Positions 18,025 through 26,942 are shown, numbered from the stretch's first letter. The stretch: 64,000 nt of DNA from Clostridiales bacterium (GCA_015055745.1 SVHS01000003.1:61655-125654), one strand, 5' to 3'. Numbers and translations are program-made. The notes: generated by a model from the letters alone, not told the origin.

Positions 18025-19692
18025 TCACTCTACTGTGACACTTTTAGCTAGATTTCTCGGCATATCTGGATTTCTACCATTCAATACTGCTATCTGATAG
18101 CTAATCAATTGAAATGGTATGACTGCATATATTGGTCTAAAACTTTCGCTTACATCTTTATCTAAAGTAAAATTGATTACTTTGCCCTCTCTAGCCTGTA
18201 TTTCGTTGATAGCAGTGGATAATTTTGTTTTGTCACGACTCGTATTGAGTGTCAAGACAAAAGCGTCTTTATCTATCAAGGACAATGTACCGTGCTTTAA
18301 TTCTCCAGAATACATCGGTAATGTATAGATATAGTCTATCTCACGTATTTTCAGACTAGCCTCCAATAAGGTGATATAATCTATATCCTTTCCTATCAAT
18401 ATCATTTTATCTATATTTTGGAGTCTTTGACTGATGTCTGAGACATCTATAGAATTGATATATCTTATGAGATCGTTAACAAAATCATCTATCTCCAGCT
18501 GATAGTCAGGATTTTTTGCTAACTCACACATATATGCAAATACAAATACTTGACAACAATATGTCTTGGTACTTGCGACAGCGATTTCTTTTTTTGCTTG
18601 TGTAAATATGTGAAAATCAGTAATTTTTGCAATGGTACTCTTTGGTTCATTTGAGATGAGCAATATTTTACCACCCAATTTTTTTACCTTTTCTGCCACT
18701 TTGATGCAATCAGCTGTCTCTCCACTCTGGCTTACTATGATGTGTAAGTGATTCTTGTCGATCTCTTGCTTCACATCATAATTTGACGCCAAAATGGTCT
18801 CTGTATCTAGATTCAATTCATTTTTCAAAAAATATTCACCTACAAGGCAAGAATGATACGCTGTGCCACAACCTATAAAGGTAAATTTGGAAAACTGACT
18901 AATAATATGTAAATTTTCATTATCTTTGATATGATAATAGGTATTTTTGATAGCCTCTGGAGTCTCTTTTATCTCTTTTATCATATAATGTTGATATGTG
19001 CCTAGACTTAGCTTTTTTACATTGTTTATGTGGCTCACATATTCTATCTTATTGTCAGTAAGACTAGATATTTTGTCTCCATGTATCTTGATGATATCGT
19101 TATCTTTTAAGGAATATAATTCTCCATCTGATAAGCTACTAATATCACTAGATATATATATTCCATCTTTTCCTACTAGTAGATTAAGTGGGCTAAATTT
19201 CCTTACTAGATATAAGTCTCCCTCTTCATTGGCTATGATCAATGAATATGTACCCTCTAACTGATGAAACAAATCTTTTATTCCATCTTCAAGATTGGGA
19301 TAAGTCGTGAGTAGATTGACTATCACCTCTGTATCTGTATTGGAATAAAATGATATGCCTTTATCTAAGAGGTTGTTTTTGATTATGTCAGCATTGTTTA
19401 TAATACCATTATGCACTATGATATAGCGATCGTCGTGTGATATATGAGGGTGTGTATTTTCTATATTTACTACTCCATTAGTAGCCCATCTAGTGTGGCC
19501 AAATGCTATATTTGTTTTATCACCACATTCTGCTAGATTATCCAATGTACCTACTGTCTTATTTATATTAAATTTGTCCGTCTTATACGCTATGCCACAC
19601 GAATCATAGCCTCGATATTGTAGCAATGACAATCCGTCCATTACTTTTTTGTAGGCATTTCCTTTACCTATGTATCCAAATATTCCGCACAT
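18025..19692 (-). CDS. glmS: Glutamine--fructose-6-phosphate aminotransferase (isomerising)
   Basis: N-terminal nucleophile MCGIFGYIG, RWATNG, two SIS domains, C-terminal ..LAKSVTVE. AGGAGGG SD lies inside the murI 3' end. Confidence 0.93.
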   Translation of the reverse strand: MCGIFGYIGKGNAYKKVMDGLSLLQYRGYDSCGIAYKTDKFNINKTVGTLDNLAECGDKTNIAFGHTRWATNGVVNIENTHPHISHDDRYIIVHNGIINNADIIKNNLLDKGISFYSNTDTEVIVNLLTTYPNLEDGIKDLFHQLEGTYSLIIANEEGDLYLVRKFSPLNLLVGKDGIYISSDISSLSDGELYSLKDNDIIKIHGDKISSLTDNKIEYVSHINNVKKLSLGTYQHYMIKEIKETPEAIKNTYYHIKDNENLHIISQFSKFTFIGCGTAYHSCLVGEYFLKNELNLDTETILASNYDVKQEIDKNHLHIIVSQSGETADCIKVAEKVKKLGGKILLISNEPKSTIAKITDFHIFTQAKKEIAVASTKTYCCQVFVFAYMCELAKNPDYQLEIDDFVNDLIRYINSIDVSDISQRLQNIDKMILIGKDIDYITLLEASLKIREIDYIYTLPMYSGELKHGTLSLIDKDAFVLTLNTSRDKTKLSTAINEIQAREGKVINFTLDKDVSESFRPIYAVIPFQLISYQIAVLNGRNPDMPRNLAKSVTVE

Positions 19693-20363
19693 ATATCCCT
19701 CCTAATCAATTTGTTTATTTTATCATGGTATGATTTGCTATATTTCGATAGCAGTATTTTAATATTCAAGTCAGCACTAGGCTGATAATTTATCTTTTCT
19801 ATAACAAAGCTACTATTTGAGACAAACTCTACATCTGGGCACAGTGATTTAAATGTATCCGATATCAGCTCATAATGAGTACAACCTAGCACTATCTTTC
19901 GATATTTGCGTAGTCCATGAGAGTCAATATGTCTAGCTACTATTGTTTTCAATTTTTTTTCATCAAAAATATTGCTTTCTATCATCTTCGCAAGGCTTCT
20001 ATCTGCGATAACTTGATAGTCCTTCAAATTGTTTTTCGTAAGCCCTGTAGCGTAATAAATATACTTTTTATCAAAGGACATGATATATATTTTTTTATAT
20101 TTTTTATCATCTATACAGGTAGATGCTGTATTACACGCTATGATTACGATATCAGCTTTATATTTTTTTATCAGCAGATCGATCAATAGCTCTACCCTTT
20201 TTTTGATAGAGTGATGATTTTTATTCCCATATGGCATATATAGATTGTCAGCAAAATAAATATAATTTCCAGTGTGGAATCTAGATAATAGCTGACGTAA
20301 AATACTGACTCCACCTATACCACTATCAAGTATAGCTATAGTAGGATTTTGAATATTTGACAT
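19668..20363 (-). CDS. murI: Glutamate racemase
   Basis: ILDSGIGGVSIL, catalytic ACNTAS and LGCTHY motifs. At 231 aa it is short for the family. Confidence 0.9.
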   Translation of the reverse strand: MSNIQNPTIAILDSGIGGVSILRQLLSRFHTGNYIYFADNLYMPYGNKNHHSIKKRVELLIDLLIKKYKADIVIIACNTASTCIDDKKYKKIYIMSFDKKYIYYATGLTKNNLKDYQVIADRSLAKMIESNIFDEKKLKTIVARHIDSHGLRKYRKIVLGCTHYELISDTFKSLCPDVEFVSNSSFVIEKINYQPSADLNIKILLSKYSKSYHDKINKLIRRDICAEYLDT

Positions 20364-20368
20364 ATAAT

Positions 20369-20397
20369 AATGTATGAAATTAAAAAAATATTGTTAA
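20369..20397 (-). promoter_or_regulatory. Candidate promoter for murI-glmS with near-leaderless spacing
   Basis: The minus strand reads TTAACA, 17 nt, TACATT, 5 nt, ATG (20363). No SD upstream of murI. Confidence 0.4.
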
Positions 20398-20403
20398 AAG
20401 CAC

Positions 20404-20432
20404 TTGATTTTTGTCACAATCTTTGCTATACT
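20404..20432 (+). promoter_or_regulatory. rpsT promoter
   Basis: TTGATT (20404-20409), 17 nt, TATACT (20427-20432). Confidence 0.6.
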
Positions 20433-20454
20433 GATAAGCATATTGGAGGTTTGT

Positions 20455-20712
20455 ATGGCTAATATTAAGTCAGCTAAAAAACGCATTAAGGTTATCGATA
20501 GACAATCTTTAGAAAACAAATCATGCAAGACTAGGATTGCTACTTATGTGAAGAAATATAAAGTAGCAGTAGACAATGGTGAGAAAGAAGTAGCAGCTAA
20601 TCTTTTGAGCGAGACTTTCTCTATGATTGATTCTGCTGTGTCTAAGGGCGTTTTACAAAAAGCTACAGCTAATAGAAAGAAAGCTAGATTAAGCGTTTAC
20701 GGTAATAAGTAA
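20455..20712 (+). CDS. rpsT: 30S ribosomal protein S20
   Basis: MANIKSAKKRIKVIDRQ... with a GGAGG SD. The track ORF start at 20404 is a TTG that coincides with the predicted -35 hexamer (20404-20409), so I reject that extension. Confidence 0.93.
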   Translation: MANIKSAKKRIKVIDRQSLENKSCKTRIATYVKKYKVAVDNGEKEVAANLLSETFSMIDSAVSKGVLQKATANRKKARLSVYGNK

Positions 20713-20719
20713 TAAATAG

Positions 20720-20742
20720 ACTCTCCTATCGGAGAGTTTTTT
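20720..20742 (+). terminator. rpsT intrinsic terminator
   Basis: ACTCTCC-TATC-GGAGAGT followed by TTTTT. Confidence 0.8.
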
Positions 20743-20747
20743 CATGC

Positions 20748-21416
20748 TTATATAAGGTCTATGATATTTCTATTGGCCTTTAGCCATTTTTCACACTGTT
20801 TATATTCTGGATATATTTTTGCTACTATATCCCAAAATGCCTTACTATGATTTTTGACCCTAGTGTGACTTAGCTCGTGTACTATGATATAATCCACTAT
20901 TTCTTTTGGACAAAGCATCAGCTTGTATGTAAAATGTAGCTTATTTTTAAAGCTACAAGAGCCCCAGCACGTCCTCGCTGAACTGATACCTATAGTATCG
21001 TATGTGAAATGTAAACTCTCAGCGATATGAGATACTCTCATTGTCAGATATTTTTTAGCAAAAGACTTTAAATATCTGATAAAACGATTTTTTGTGTCCT
21101 CTTTAGGTAAGAAAATTTTATCATTTATTAGCTTTACTCTACTAGAATCATGATAATCAAAAGTGTATTCTACTCCCAACAAGTGAATAGTATTTCCTTT
21201 ATCAAAAGTAATTTCACTTATTTTATTTGCTAAAGACAGCCGACGTTTCTCTATGATCCAGTCAGCTATTTTTATGATAAAATCATATATATCCTTGTCA
21301 GAGCATCTGATAGGCGCCCGTACAAAAAACTCACCACTATTTGATATAATTAGTGATATAGATCTTCGCTTTGTGCGAACGATTTTATTTGGTGTGAGCA
21401 ATTTTATTTGAGTCAT
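20748..21416 (-). CDS. YgjP-like (DUF45/SprT-like) zinc metallohydrolase
   Basis: IIVHELSHTRVKNHSKAFWDIV, the HExxH...NHS..FW signature of the family. Confidence 0.8.
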   Translation of the reverse strand: MTQIKLLTPNKIVRTKRRSISLIISNSGEFFVRAPIRCSDKDIYDFIIKIADWIIEKRRLSLANKISEITFDKGNTIHLLGVEYTFDYHDSSRVKLINDKIFLPKEDTKNRFIRYLKSFAKKYLTMRVSHIAESLHFTYDTIGISSARTCWGSCSFKNKLHFTYKLMLCPKEIVDYIIVHELSHTRVKNHSKAFWDIVAKIYPEYKQCEKWLKANRNIIDLI

Positions 21417-21417
21417 A

Positions 21418-22332
21418 TTAAAATATTAATTCGTATAAAGCATTTTGAGCTGTGATTTTGCCTGATTTGATCTGATAATCAAGATTGGTATACAATTCAT
21501 ATAGATTGATATAAAACTTGACACCATTGGTTTGTATATGTTGTCTAGACTTTTTTATAGCATAAGGTTTGATATTTAGTATCTTGGCAAGCTCATTGTC
21601 ATCTTTATTTAGCGCGATATATTGCATACGTCTAAAATGTTTACCAAGATAAGAAAATATCTCTCCCACAGTCTGTGATTTTGACATTTCATTCAAGATT
21701 TTTTGATAACTAGTATAGTCCTTGTTGTCTATAGCATTTGTAAGTGTATAAATAGCATATTCATTTGTATTGGACAATAAATTTGTGACTATATCTATGG
21801 TAATAATGTCTTCATCGATACAATATGCTGTCAATTTACTCAATTCATTTACTATTTTTGTCATATTAGCATTGGTGGCATCTATGAGATAATCCAAAGC
21901 CTGCTCTTGTATAGATAAGTCATATTTTTTGAGATGATTGAGCACGTACTTTGATATATCTAATTTATCAAGCTTTGTGCAATCAATAATCTCACCTACT
22001 GTAATGTTTTCGGCATTGATACATACTAATACCGTAGTAGAATCTGTAAAGTCGTACTGATTGATAAATTCCACTACCTCACTACTCGGATTTTCTAATA
22101 CTATCAATCTGTAATCATTACCAAACGGTAGAGTCGAAATTAGTTCATTAGCCTCTGCAGATTTCATTTTATCTGCATCAAGCTTTACAAAGTTTAATTC
22201 TTCAAATTCTTTTATCAAAAAAGTTTTGAGATTTGTGATCGCCTGCTTTACGAGAAAAAAATCATCGCCTGTGATGTTGTATACCTTTTCAATATTTGTT
22301 TTTAAATTTTTATTCAAGTCTATAAATCTCAT
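21418..22332 (-). CDS. holA: DNA polymerase III delta subunit
   Basis: Position after comEC, ~300-aa helical clamp-loader-like protein. Start chosen at MRFIDLNKNL with an AGGAGGG SD. The longer track ORF overlaps comEC. Confidence 0.8.
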   Translation of the reverse strand: MRFIDLNKNLKTNIEKVYNITGDDFFLVKQAITNLKTFLIKEFEELNFVKLDADKMKSAEANELISTLPFGNDYRLIVLENPSSEVVEFINQYDFTDSTTVLVCINAENITVGEIIDCTKLDKLDISKYVLNHLKKYDLSIQEQALDYLIDATNANMTKIVNELSKLTAYCIDEDIITIDIVTNLLSNTNEYAIYTLTNAIDNKDYTSYQKILNEMSKSQTVGEIFSYLGKHFRRMQYIALNKDDNELAKILNIKPYAIKKSRQHIQTNGVKFYINLYELYTNLDYQIKSGKITAQNALYELIF

Positions 22333-22343
22333 ATTCCCTCCTA

Positions 22344-23858
22344 TTATATCAAACAAATGATCAATAATGCAAATATTGGAAGCGTAGTAAAAATCCTGTA
22401 CTGATATTTGGCAGTACACATTCGGCTCACAAAAAGCAACAAAATAAAATACAATACTATCGCGATAAAGTTAAATGACAAAGTATTAAAATTGGATATC
22501 GCTAGATTACCTAGTATATTGGCGACTAGATTGATAAAATCTAATACAAAGTTTACAGGATACAGTAGATATGTGATATATGGTATCATCAAAGATAATA
22601 TCGAGCCAATAAATATAGCTACAAATCCTACAGTAAATATAGGTATCAAGATGACGTTGGCTATAATGGATATAATATTTAGCGTCTGGAAATAGTATGC
22701 CATGATAAATACTGTAGAAATGGTAGTAGCCAAGCTAATAGCCATGCTGTCTACTATGGCTTTAGGAGCTTTTGTATAAGTTAATGCTTTCTTTATAGGT
22801 CTATATAGCATAGTGATACCTATAGAGCAAGAAAAGCTAAGCAAAAAGCCGACATCAAAGATACACAATGGGTTGATACAAAATATCACAATACCAGCTA
22901 TAGATATAGCATTAAATGAGTCATATTCTTCATGGACAAGCTTGGCTAATATGTATAATAATGACATTATGCTAGCTCGTATGACCGATATAGAAAAATT
23001 GCATATATACATATACCCTAGCAAAAATGTACCTACTATACCCAATCTACCCCAACGTTTTATATGTAATCTATCTAAAAAGAAATACAAGATACCGACT
23101 ATGATATTTACGTGCAAACCTGATACTGCCAATAAATGTGCAATACCAGATAGCTTGTATGCGCTATATTGCCGGTCAGACAATAAATCTTTTTCACCAA
23201 AAAGTGACGAATATGCTATCTCTAGATTTTCATTCGTGAGTCCATACTCTAGATTGTCTTTTATCTTGAGCTTTATCATCTCAGCGAAAGTTTTATCATC
23301 ATAATGATAAGTTATATTCTCCATCAAAACGCTTACGGTATATTTATTTCTTTCAGCATAAGCACTTGAATCTGGTATACCTCTATAGAACAAATCCGAA
23401 TGGTAAAATTTATACGGAGTAAAACTAATCACACTGCCTATCTCTAGATTTTCAAAAAGGCTATCATTGTCGTACACTAAGATAGTGATTTTGTCATCTA
23501 TCTCTTTATCGTCAAATTTACAGCTATCTCCTTCTAGCCTAAGATATCCATCATCTGGTTTGCTCACATTTGATATCCTGACTTCGATATCTTGTGGTAT
23601 ATAATCAATTTGTTGATTGAAGCTAAATACAGCAAGGTAATATGCACCGATACCTATACTAAATGCTATAATAGGTATCAGTATATAATACAATTTTTTC
23701 TTCCAAATGGCTAAAAATAATAAGAATGCCACTATTATAAACGCACTTATGAGACAAAGAACTAGCTGACTAGTCACATAAAATGCAAAAACTACGCCTA
23801 TCAATAAAAAGGCAAAAATTAGACATAATGGACGAAAATTGAACCATCTTTCTTTCAT
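22344..23858 (-). CDS. comEC: ComEC/Rec2-family DNA internalisation channel protein (no metallo-beta-lactamase domain)
   Basis: Polytopic membrane protein with an N-terminal OB/DUF4131-like loop and the competence domain (YKLSGIAHLLAVSGLHV). At 504 aa the C-terminal MBL domain seen in long ComEC proteins is absent. Confidence 0.85.
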   Translation of the reverse strand: MKERWFNFRPLCLIFAFLLIGVVFAFYVTSQLVLCLISAFIIVAFLLFLAIWKKKLYYILIPIIAFSIGIGAYYLAVFSFNQQIDYIPQDIEVRISNVSKPDDGYLRLEGDSCKFDDKEIDDKITILVYDNDSLFENLEIGSVISFTPYKFYHSDLFYRGIPDSSAYAERNKYTVSVLMENITYHYDDKTFAEMIKLKIKDNLEYGLTNENLEIAYSSLFGEKDLLSDRQYSAYKLSGIAHLLAVSGLHVNIIVGILYFFLDRLHIKRWGRLGIVGTFLLGYMYICNFSISVIRASIMSLLYILAKLVHEEYDSFNAISIAGIVIFCINPLCIFDVGFLLSFSCSIGITMLYRPIKKALTYTKAPKAIVDSMAISLATTISTVFIMAYYFQTLNIISIIANVILIPIFTVGFVAIFIGSILSLMIPYITYLLYPVNFVLDFINLVANILGNLAISNFNTLSFNFIAIVLYFILLLFVSRMCTAKYQYRIFTTLPIFALLIICLI

Positions 23859-23905
23859 TTTCCTTAATTATATCACAAATTTTTAAAGAAATTAAGCAAA
23901 TGTAC

Positions 23906-23934
23906 TTGTATTTTACAAAAATATATGATATAAT
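23906..23934 (+). promoter_or_regulatory. Promoter of tRNA-Glu
   Basis: TTGTAT, 17 nt, (TGA)TATAAT extended -10. Confidence 0.6.
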
Positions 23935-23955
23935 TTATTTATCTTCATATGATAT

Positions 23956-24030
23956 GGCCTTATAGTCTAGAGGTTAGGACGCGACCCTCTCACGGTTGAG
24001 ACCGGGGTTCGATTCCCCGTAGGGCTACCA
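23956..24030 (+). tRNA. tRNA-Glu (anticodon CUC), CCA encoded
   Basis: Hand-folded cloverleaf. Acceptor GGCCTTA/TAGGGCT, D arm GTCT..GGAC with the Glu-typical GTCTAGAGG, anticodon stem CGACC/GGTTG with loop CT-CTC-AC, T arm CGGGG-TTCGATT-CCCCG, then A-CCA. Confidence 0.9.
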
Positions 24031-24033
24031 AAA

Positions 24034-24062
24034 AAATTCGAACTTATTGGTTCGAATTTTTA
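24034..24062 (+). terminator. Intrinsic terminator after tRNA-Glu
   Basis: AAATTCGAAC-TTATTG-GTTCGAATTT followed by a T-run. Confidence 0.8.
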
Positions 24063-24097
24063 TTATCCTTATGATAAAAATATCCACTCTAGTCAAC

Positions 24098-24709
24098 CTA
24101 GTCGTCTCTGACTTTCTTTTTATGCCAACAACACTTCTTACACTCAGGACATCTCATCTTCCTTGTCCTACCAAAATGTGTAGACCAAAGTACTTGTTTG
24201 TATGCAGGTATATACTTATGATGGCAATTTTGACATTCGTAGTAGCCTGCTTTTGTCTCGATTAACAAAGCAAAATGTATCGCCACAAGCATATTAATAA
24301 AGCCAAATACAATGAGTATCACACGCCAGTGAACAGCCATATCAACATAACTAGAAATCATTACACAGCCTAAAAGTACGACCATTGATAACCAAACTAA
24401 AATCCACTCCAAATTTAACAATAATTTTGAGTAATATTCTTGCTGTGTTTTAAGTGTAATTAGATTTTCTTCTGCACAGCTTTTATAATCTTCATTGGTT
24501 AAAAGCTTGCCAGACAACAATTCATTAGCTGTGATGTCCAAAACTTTACATAAAGGCAACATCAAAGATGTATCGGGAAAACCATTGCCACACTCCCACT
24601 TTGATATAGTTTTTTCACTGACACTGATTTTTTGAGCCAACTGTACCTGTGTCAGTTTTTTTGCTTTCCTTCTCTCTTGGATAAATTTACCTATCTTTAT
24701 TAAATCCAT
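24098..24709 (-). CDS. Membrane-anchored XRE-family HTH regulator with C-terminal CxxC...CxxC zinc ribbon
   Basis: HTH_3-like N-terminus (LTQVQLAQKISVSEKTISKWECGNGFPD), two TM helices, then YECQNCHHKY...RCPECKKCCW. Start at MDLIK with an AGGAGGGGG SD. Confidence 0.8.
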   Translation of the reverse strand: MDLIKIGKFIQERRKAKKLTQVQLAQKISVSEKTISKWECGNGFPDTSLMLPLCKVLDITANELLSGKLLTNEDYKSCAEENLITLKTQQEYYSKLLLNLEWILVWLSMVVLLGCVMISSYVDMAVHWRVILIVFGFINMLVAIHFALLIETKAGYYECQNCHHKYIPAYKQVLWSTHFGRTRKMRCPECKKCCWHKKKVRDD

Positions 24710-24840
24710 GATCTCTCCCCCTCCTTTTAACATTAAAATTATATCATTATTTTAAAGAAAAAACTCCTACTTATCGTAGACTTTTCTTTAATTTTTCATT
24801 TTATTCATAAATTTGGGAGCGGTAGCGACCAAGATATATA

Positions 24841-24870
24841 ATCACACCTAATATCTTTGCGTAAAAAACT
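24841..24870 (-). repeat. Intergenic repeat copy D
   Basis: The minus strand reads GTTTTTTACGCAAAGATATTAGGTGTGAT, with the exact 16-mer at 24853-24868. It lies about 19 nt downstream of the terminator of gene 24919-25569. Confidence 0.75.
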
Positions 24871-24886
24871 AATTAATAATTGAAAT

Positions 24887-24911
24887 TGAAAAACAAGGCT
24901 TTTAACCCTGT
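24887..24911 (-). terminator. Intrinsic terminator of membrane protein gene
   Basis: On the minus strand: ACAGGG-UUAAAAG-CCUUGU followed by UUUUU. Confidence 0.5.
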
Positions 24912-24918
24912 CTTTATA

Positions 24919-25569
24919 TTATTTTGCGTTTGTTATGCCTGTGGTATAGACACGTTTCATTAATATACCGTGTACAATCAAATATATACCTATAGCAAAG
25001 ATAAACACACCTACTATACCACTCACAAGTGCATTGTACGATGCCATATTCGCTTCTGTAGTGAATGAAAGTATCGCAATCTGAGCCAATACAATATTTG
25101 TGAATGCTCCAGCAAAATTGGCCAATCTATACTCTTTTATAAGCATTGTCTTACCTCTAGTCTTGACCACACCTATAATAGACATTACAATACTATATGT
25201 GGCGAATAATGCGATTATAATACCCACTATCATGTGATATTTAGTATTTGAAGGATTAAATAACTGAATCACAGCATAGGAAGCATAACATATACTTGAC
25301 ACAGCTATCACTATACCACCGGTAATATAAGAATTGCAATCCTTTAAATCGTCAGTGTTTTTCTTTAGTCCTCTAGAGCAATTTACTTTTACTAGATCTA
25401 TACAAAGATTGTACAATGCCATAGCTATAAGTAGACTAGAATTAAATACAATGCCTACGACGATTTTAAATATGAAATAAAACAGGCCTTTGATCATATT
25501 TAGCCTGCCATACACTATTATCTTATTTCTCTCAGGAATGGACCTAAAAGCGTGTATTAATCTCATCAT
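24919..25569 (-). CDS. Hypothetical polytopic membrane protein (5-6 TM)
   Basis: Hydrophobic helices throughout, and I recognise no family. There is no SD. The promoter sits only 10 nt upstream of the ATG. Confidence 0.6.
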   Translation of the reverse strand: MMRLIHAFRSIPERNKIIVYGRLNMIKGLFYFIFKIVVGIVFNSSLLIAMALYNLCIDLVKVNCSRGLKKNTDDLKDCNSYITGGIVIAVSSICYASYAVIQLFNPSNTKYHMIVGIIIALFATYSIVMSIIGVVKTRGKTMLIKEYRLANFAGAFTNIVLAQIAILSFTTEANMASYNALVSGIVGVFIFAIGIYLIVHGILMKRVYTTGITNAK

Positions 25570-25579
25570 ATGCTTGAGA

Positions 25580-25607
25580 ATTATATCATAATATATGTAA
25601 ATTTCAA
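25580..25607 (-). promoter_or_regulatory. Promoter giving a very short or leaderless 5' UTR for 24919-25569
   Basis: The minus strand reads TTGAAA, 16 nt, (TGA)TATAAT, 10 nt, ATG-ATG. Confidence 0.55.
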
Positions 25608-25627
25608 GATGTTTTTGAAAATTGATA

Positions 25628-25650
25628 TAAAAAAAGACCTAAAAGGTCTT
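25628..25650 (-). terminator. Intrinsic terminator of proS
   Basis: On the minus strand: AGACC-UUUUA-GGUCU followed by U7. The hairpin overlaps the stop codon. Confidence 0.7.
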
Positions 25651-26941
25651 AATTTTTATTTAGTGAACAAACATATGATACGAATTCATCTAAAGATACT
25701 TCTTGTTTTTCTCCTGTCTTGTTGTTTTCTATCTCTAAGACGTTATTATCAAGGCTTTTTCCAAATACTACGGTATATGGTGCTCCGACTACACGAGAAT
25801 CTTTTATTTTGGCACCTATAGACATCTCTGCTCTATCGTCGTACAAACACTCTACACCTTTTTCTTGCAATTCTTGATACATCTTTTGAGCTATCAGCAT
25901 TTTTGCTTCGTCGTCTGTCTTAGGTATGATATATAGCTTGTAAGGAGCTAAATTTACTGGTAATGCAATACCATCAAATTTTCCATTGTTCATAATAATG
26001 CTATTTTCATACACCATAGCCAGCGTCCTGCTCACTCCGATACCATAGCAACCCATCACATAATTGTACAATTTACCATCGGCATTGCTATAAGTCGCAT
26101 TCATAGCCTTTGAATACTTGTCTCCGAGCTGGAATATGTGACCTAGCTCTACTGCTCTTCTCTGCTGTAGAGAGTCGGTATTTTTGATACCATAGTTCTC
26201 CAACAGATACTCTTTATAATCTTCTCTTTCTAACAATTCTGAATTGAACGCTCTACCACTCTCTTCATCGAATAAAATAGTATCTTCACCTATCTCTGAC
26301 AAGCACATGAATTCCTCAGATTTGCTACCTCCTATAGCACCACTATCTGCACCTACAGGCTGTACTTTTAGCCCAAGCTCCTCAAATATCTCAATATAAG
26401 CATTTTTCATCCTATCATACTCAATATCTAGATCTGCTTTGTCTTTACCAAAACTATAAGCGTCCATCATATCAAACGCCTTTCCTCTTAAAAGGAAGCC
26501 TCTAGTCCTGATCTCATTTCTAAACTTTTGCCCTATTTGAAAATAAGTCACAGGTAGCTGCTTATAGGTCGTCAAACGTGATTTTGCATATGTCACTATA
26601 GCTTCTTCTGCTGTAGGAGCTAAACAATAATTACCATTTTTGGTCAAAGATTGAAACATGACACCATCAGACACATATTTATCCAATCTACCAGACTCTA
26701 TCCATATTTTCTCTGGCTGTAATATAGGCAAAGAAAGCTCAGAACAGCCATATTTTGTCAATGTCTTTGATATTATCTCATTTATCTTCTTTTCTACCAA
26801 AAAAGGTATATGACCATATGCATATACTCCGCTGGTAAACTGCTCTAACTGACCTGTCTGCAATAGCATATCTTGTACAGGAAATTGCTCGTCCAATTTT
26901 GCGAGTTTTCGTGATATTAATCCTATCTGTGAAACTTTCAT
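25649..26941 (-). CDS. proS: Prolyl-tRNA synthetase, bacterial type, lacking the INS editing domain
   Basis: Aligns by eye with E. coli ProRS: SGVYAY.., motif 2 FRNEIRTRGFLLRGKAFDMMDAYSF, HIFQLGDKYS, motif 3 GCYGIGVSRTLAMVYE, and a C-terminal anticodon-binding domain. Only ~35 aa lie between the GED.. region and HIFQLG, where E. coli has a ~180-aa INS. Start at MKVSQ with a GAGG SD. Confidence 0.85.
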   Translation of the reverse strand: MKVSQIGLISRKLAKLDEQFPVQDMLLQTGQLEQFTSGVYAYGHIPFLVEKKINEIISKTLTKYGCSELSLPILQPEKIWIESGRLDKYVSDGVMFQSLTKNGNYCLAPTAEEAIVTYAKSRLTTYKQLPVTYFQIGQKFRNEIRTRGFLLRGKAFDMMDAYSFGKDKADLDIEYDRMKNAYIEIFEELGLKVQPVGADSGAIGGSKSEEFMCLSEIGEDTILFDEESGRAFNSELLEREDYKEYLLENYGIKNTDSLQQRRAVELGHIFQLGDKYSKAMNATYSNADGKLYNYVMGCYGIGVSRTLAMVYENSIIMNNGKFDGIALPVNLAPYKLYIIPKTDDEAKMLIAQKMYQELQEKGVECLYDDRAEMSIGAKIKDSRVVGAPYTVVFGKSLDNNVLEIENNKTGEKQEVSLDEFVSYVCSLNKN

Positions 26942-26942
26942 A

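Noticed and set aside
22813-23304. 163-aa ORF antisense to comEC
   Set aside because: Shadow ORF inside a well-supported membrane protein gene, with no SD or promoter.
24034-24059. CGAAC...GTTCG inverted repeat after tRNA-Glu as a possible LexA box
   Set aside because: The arms are separated by 6 nt rather than the 4 nt of the Cheo box. The element is a 10-bp hairpin followed by a T-run, so it is an intrinsic terminator.
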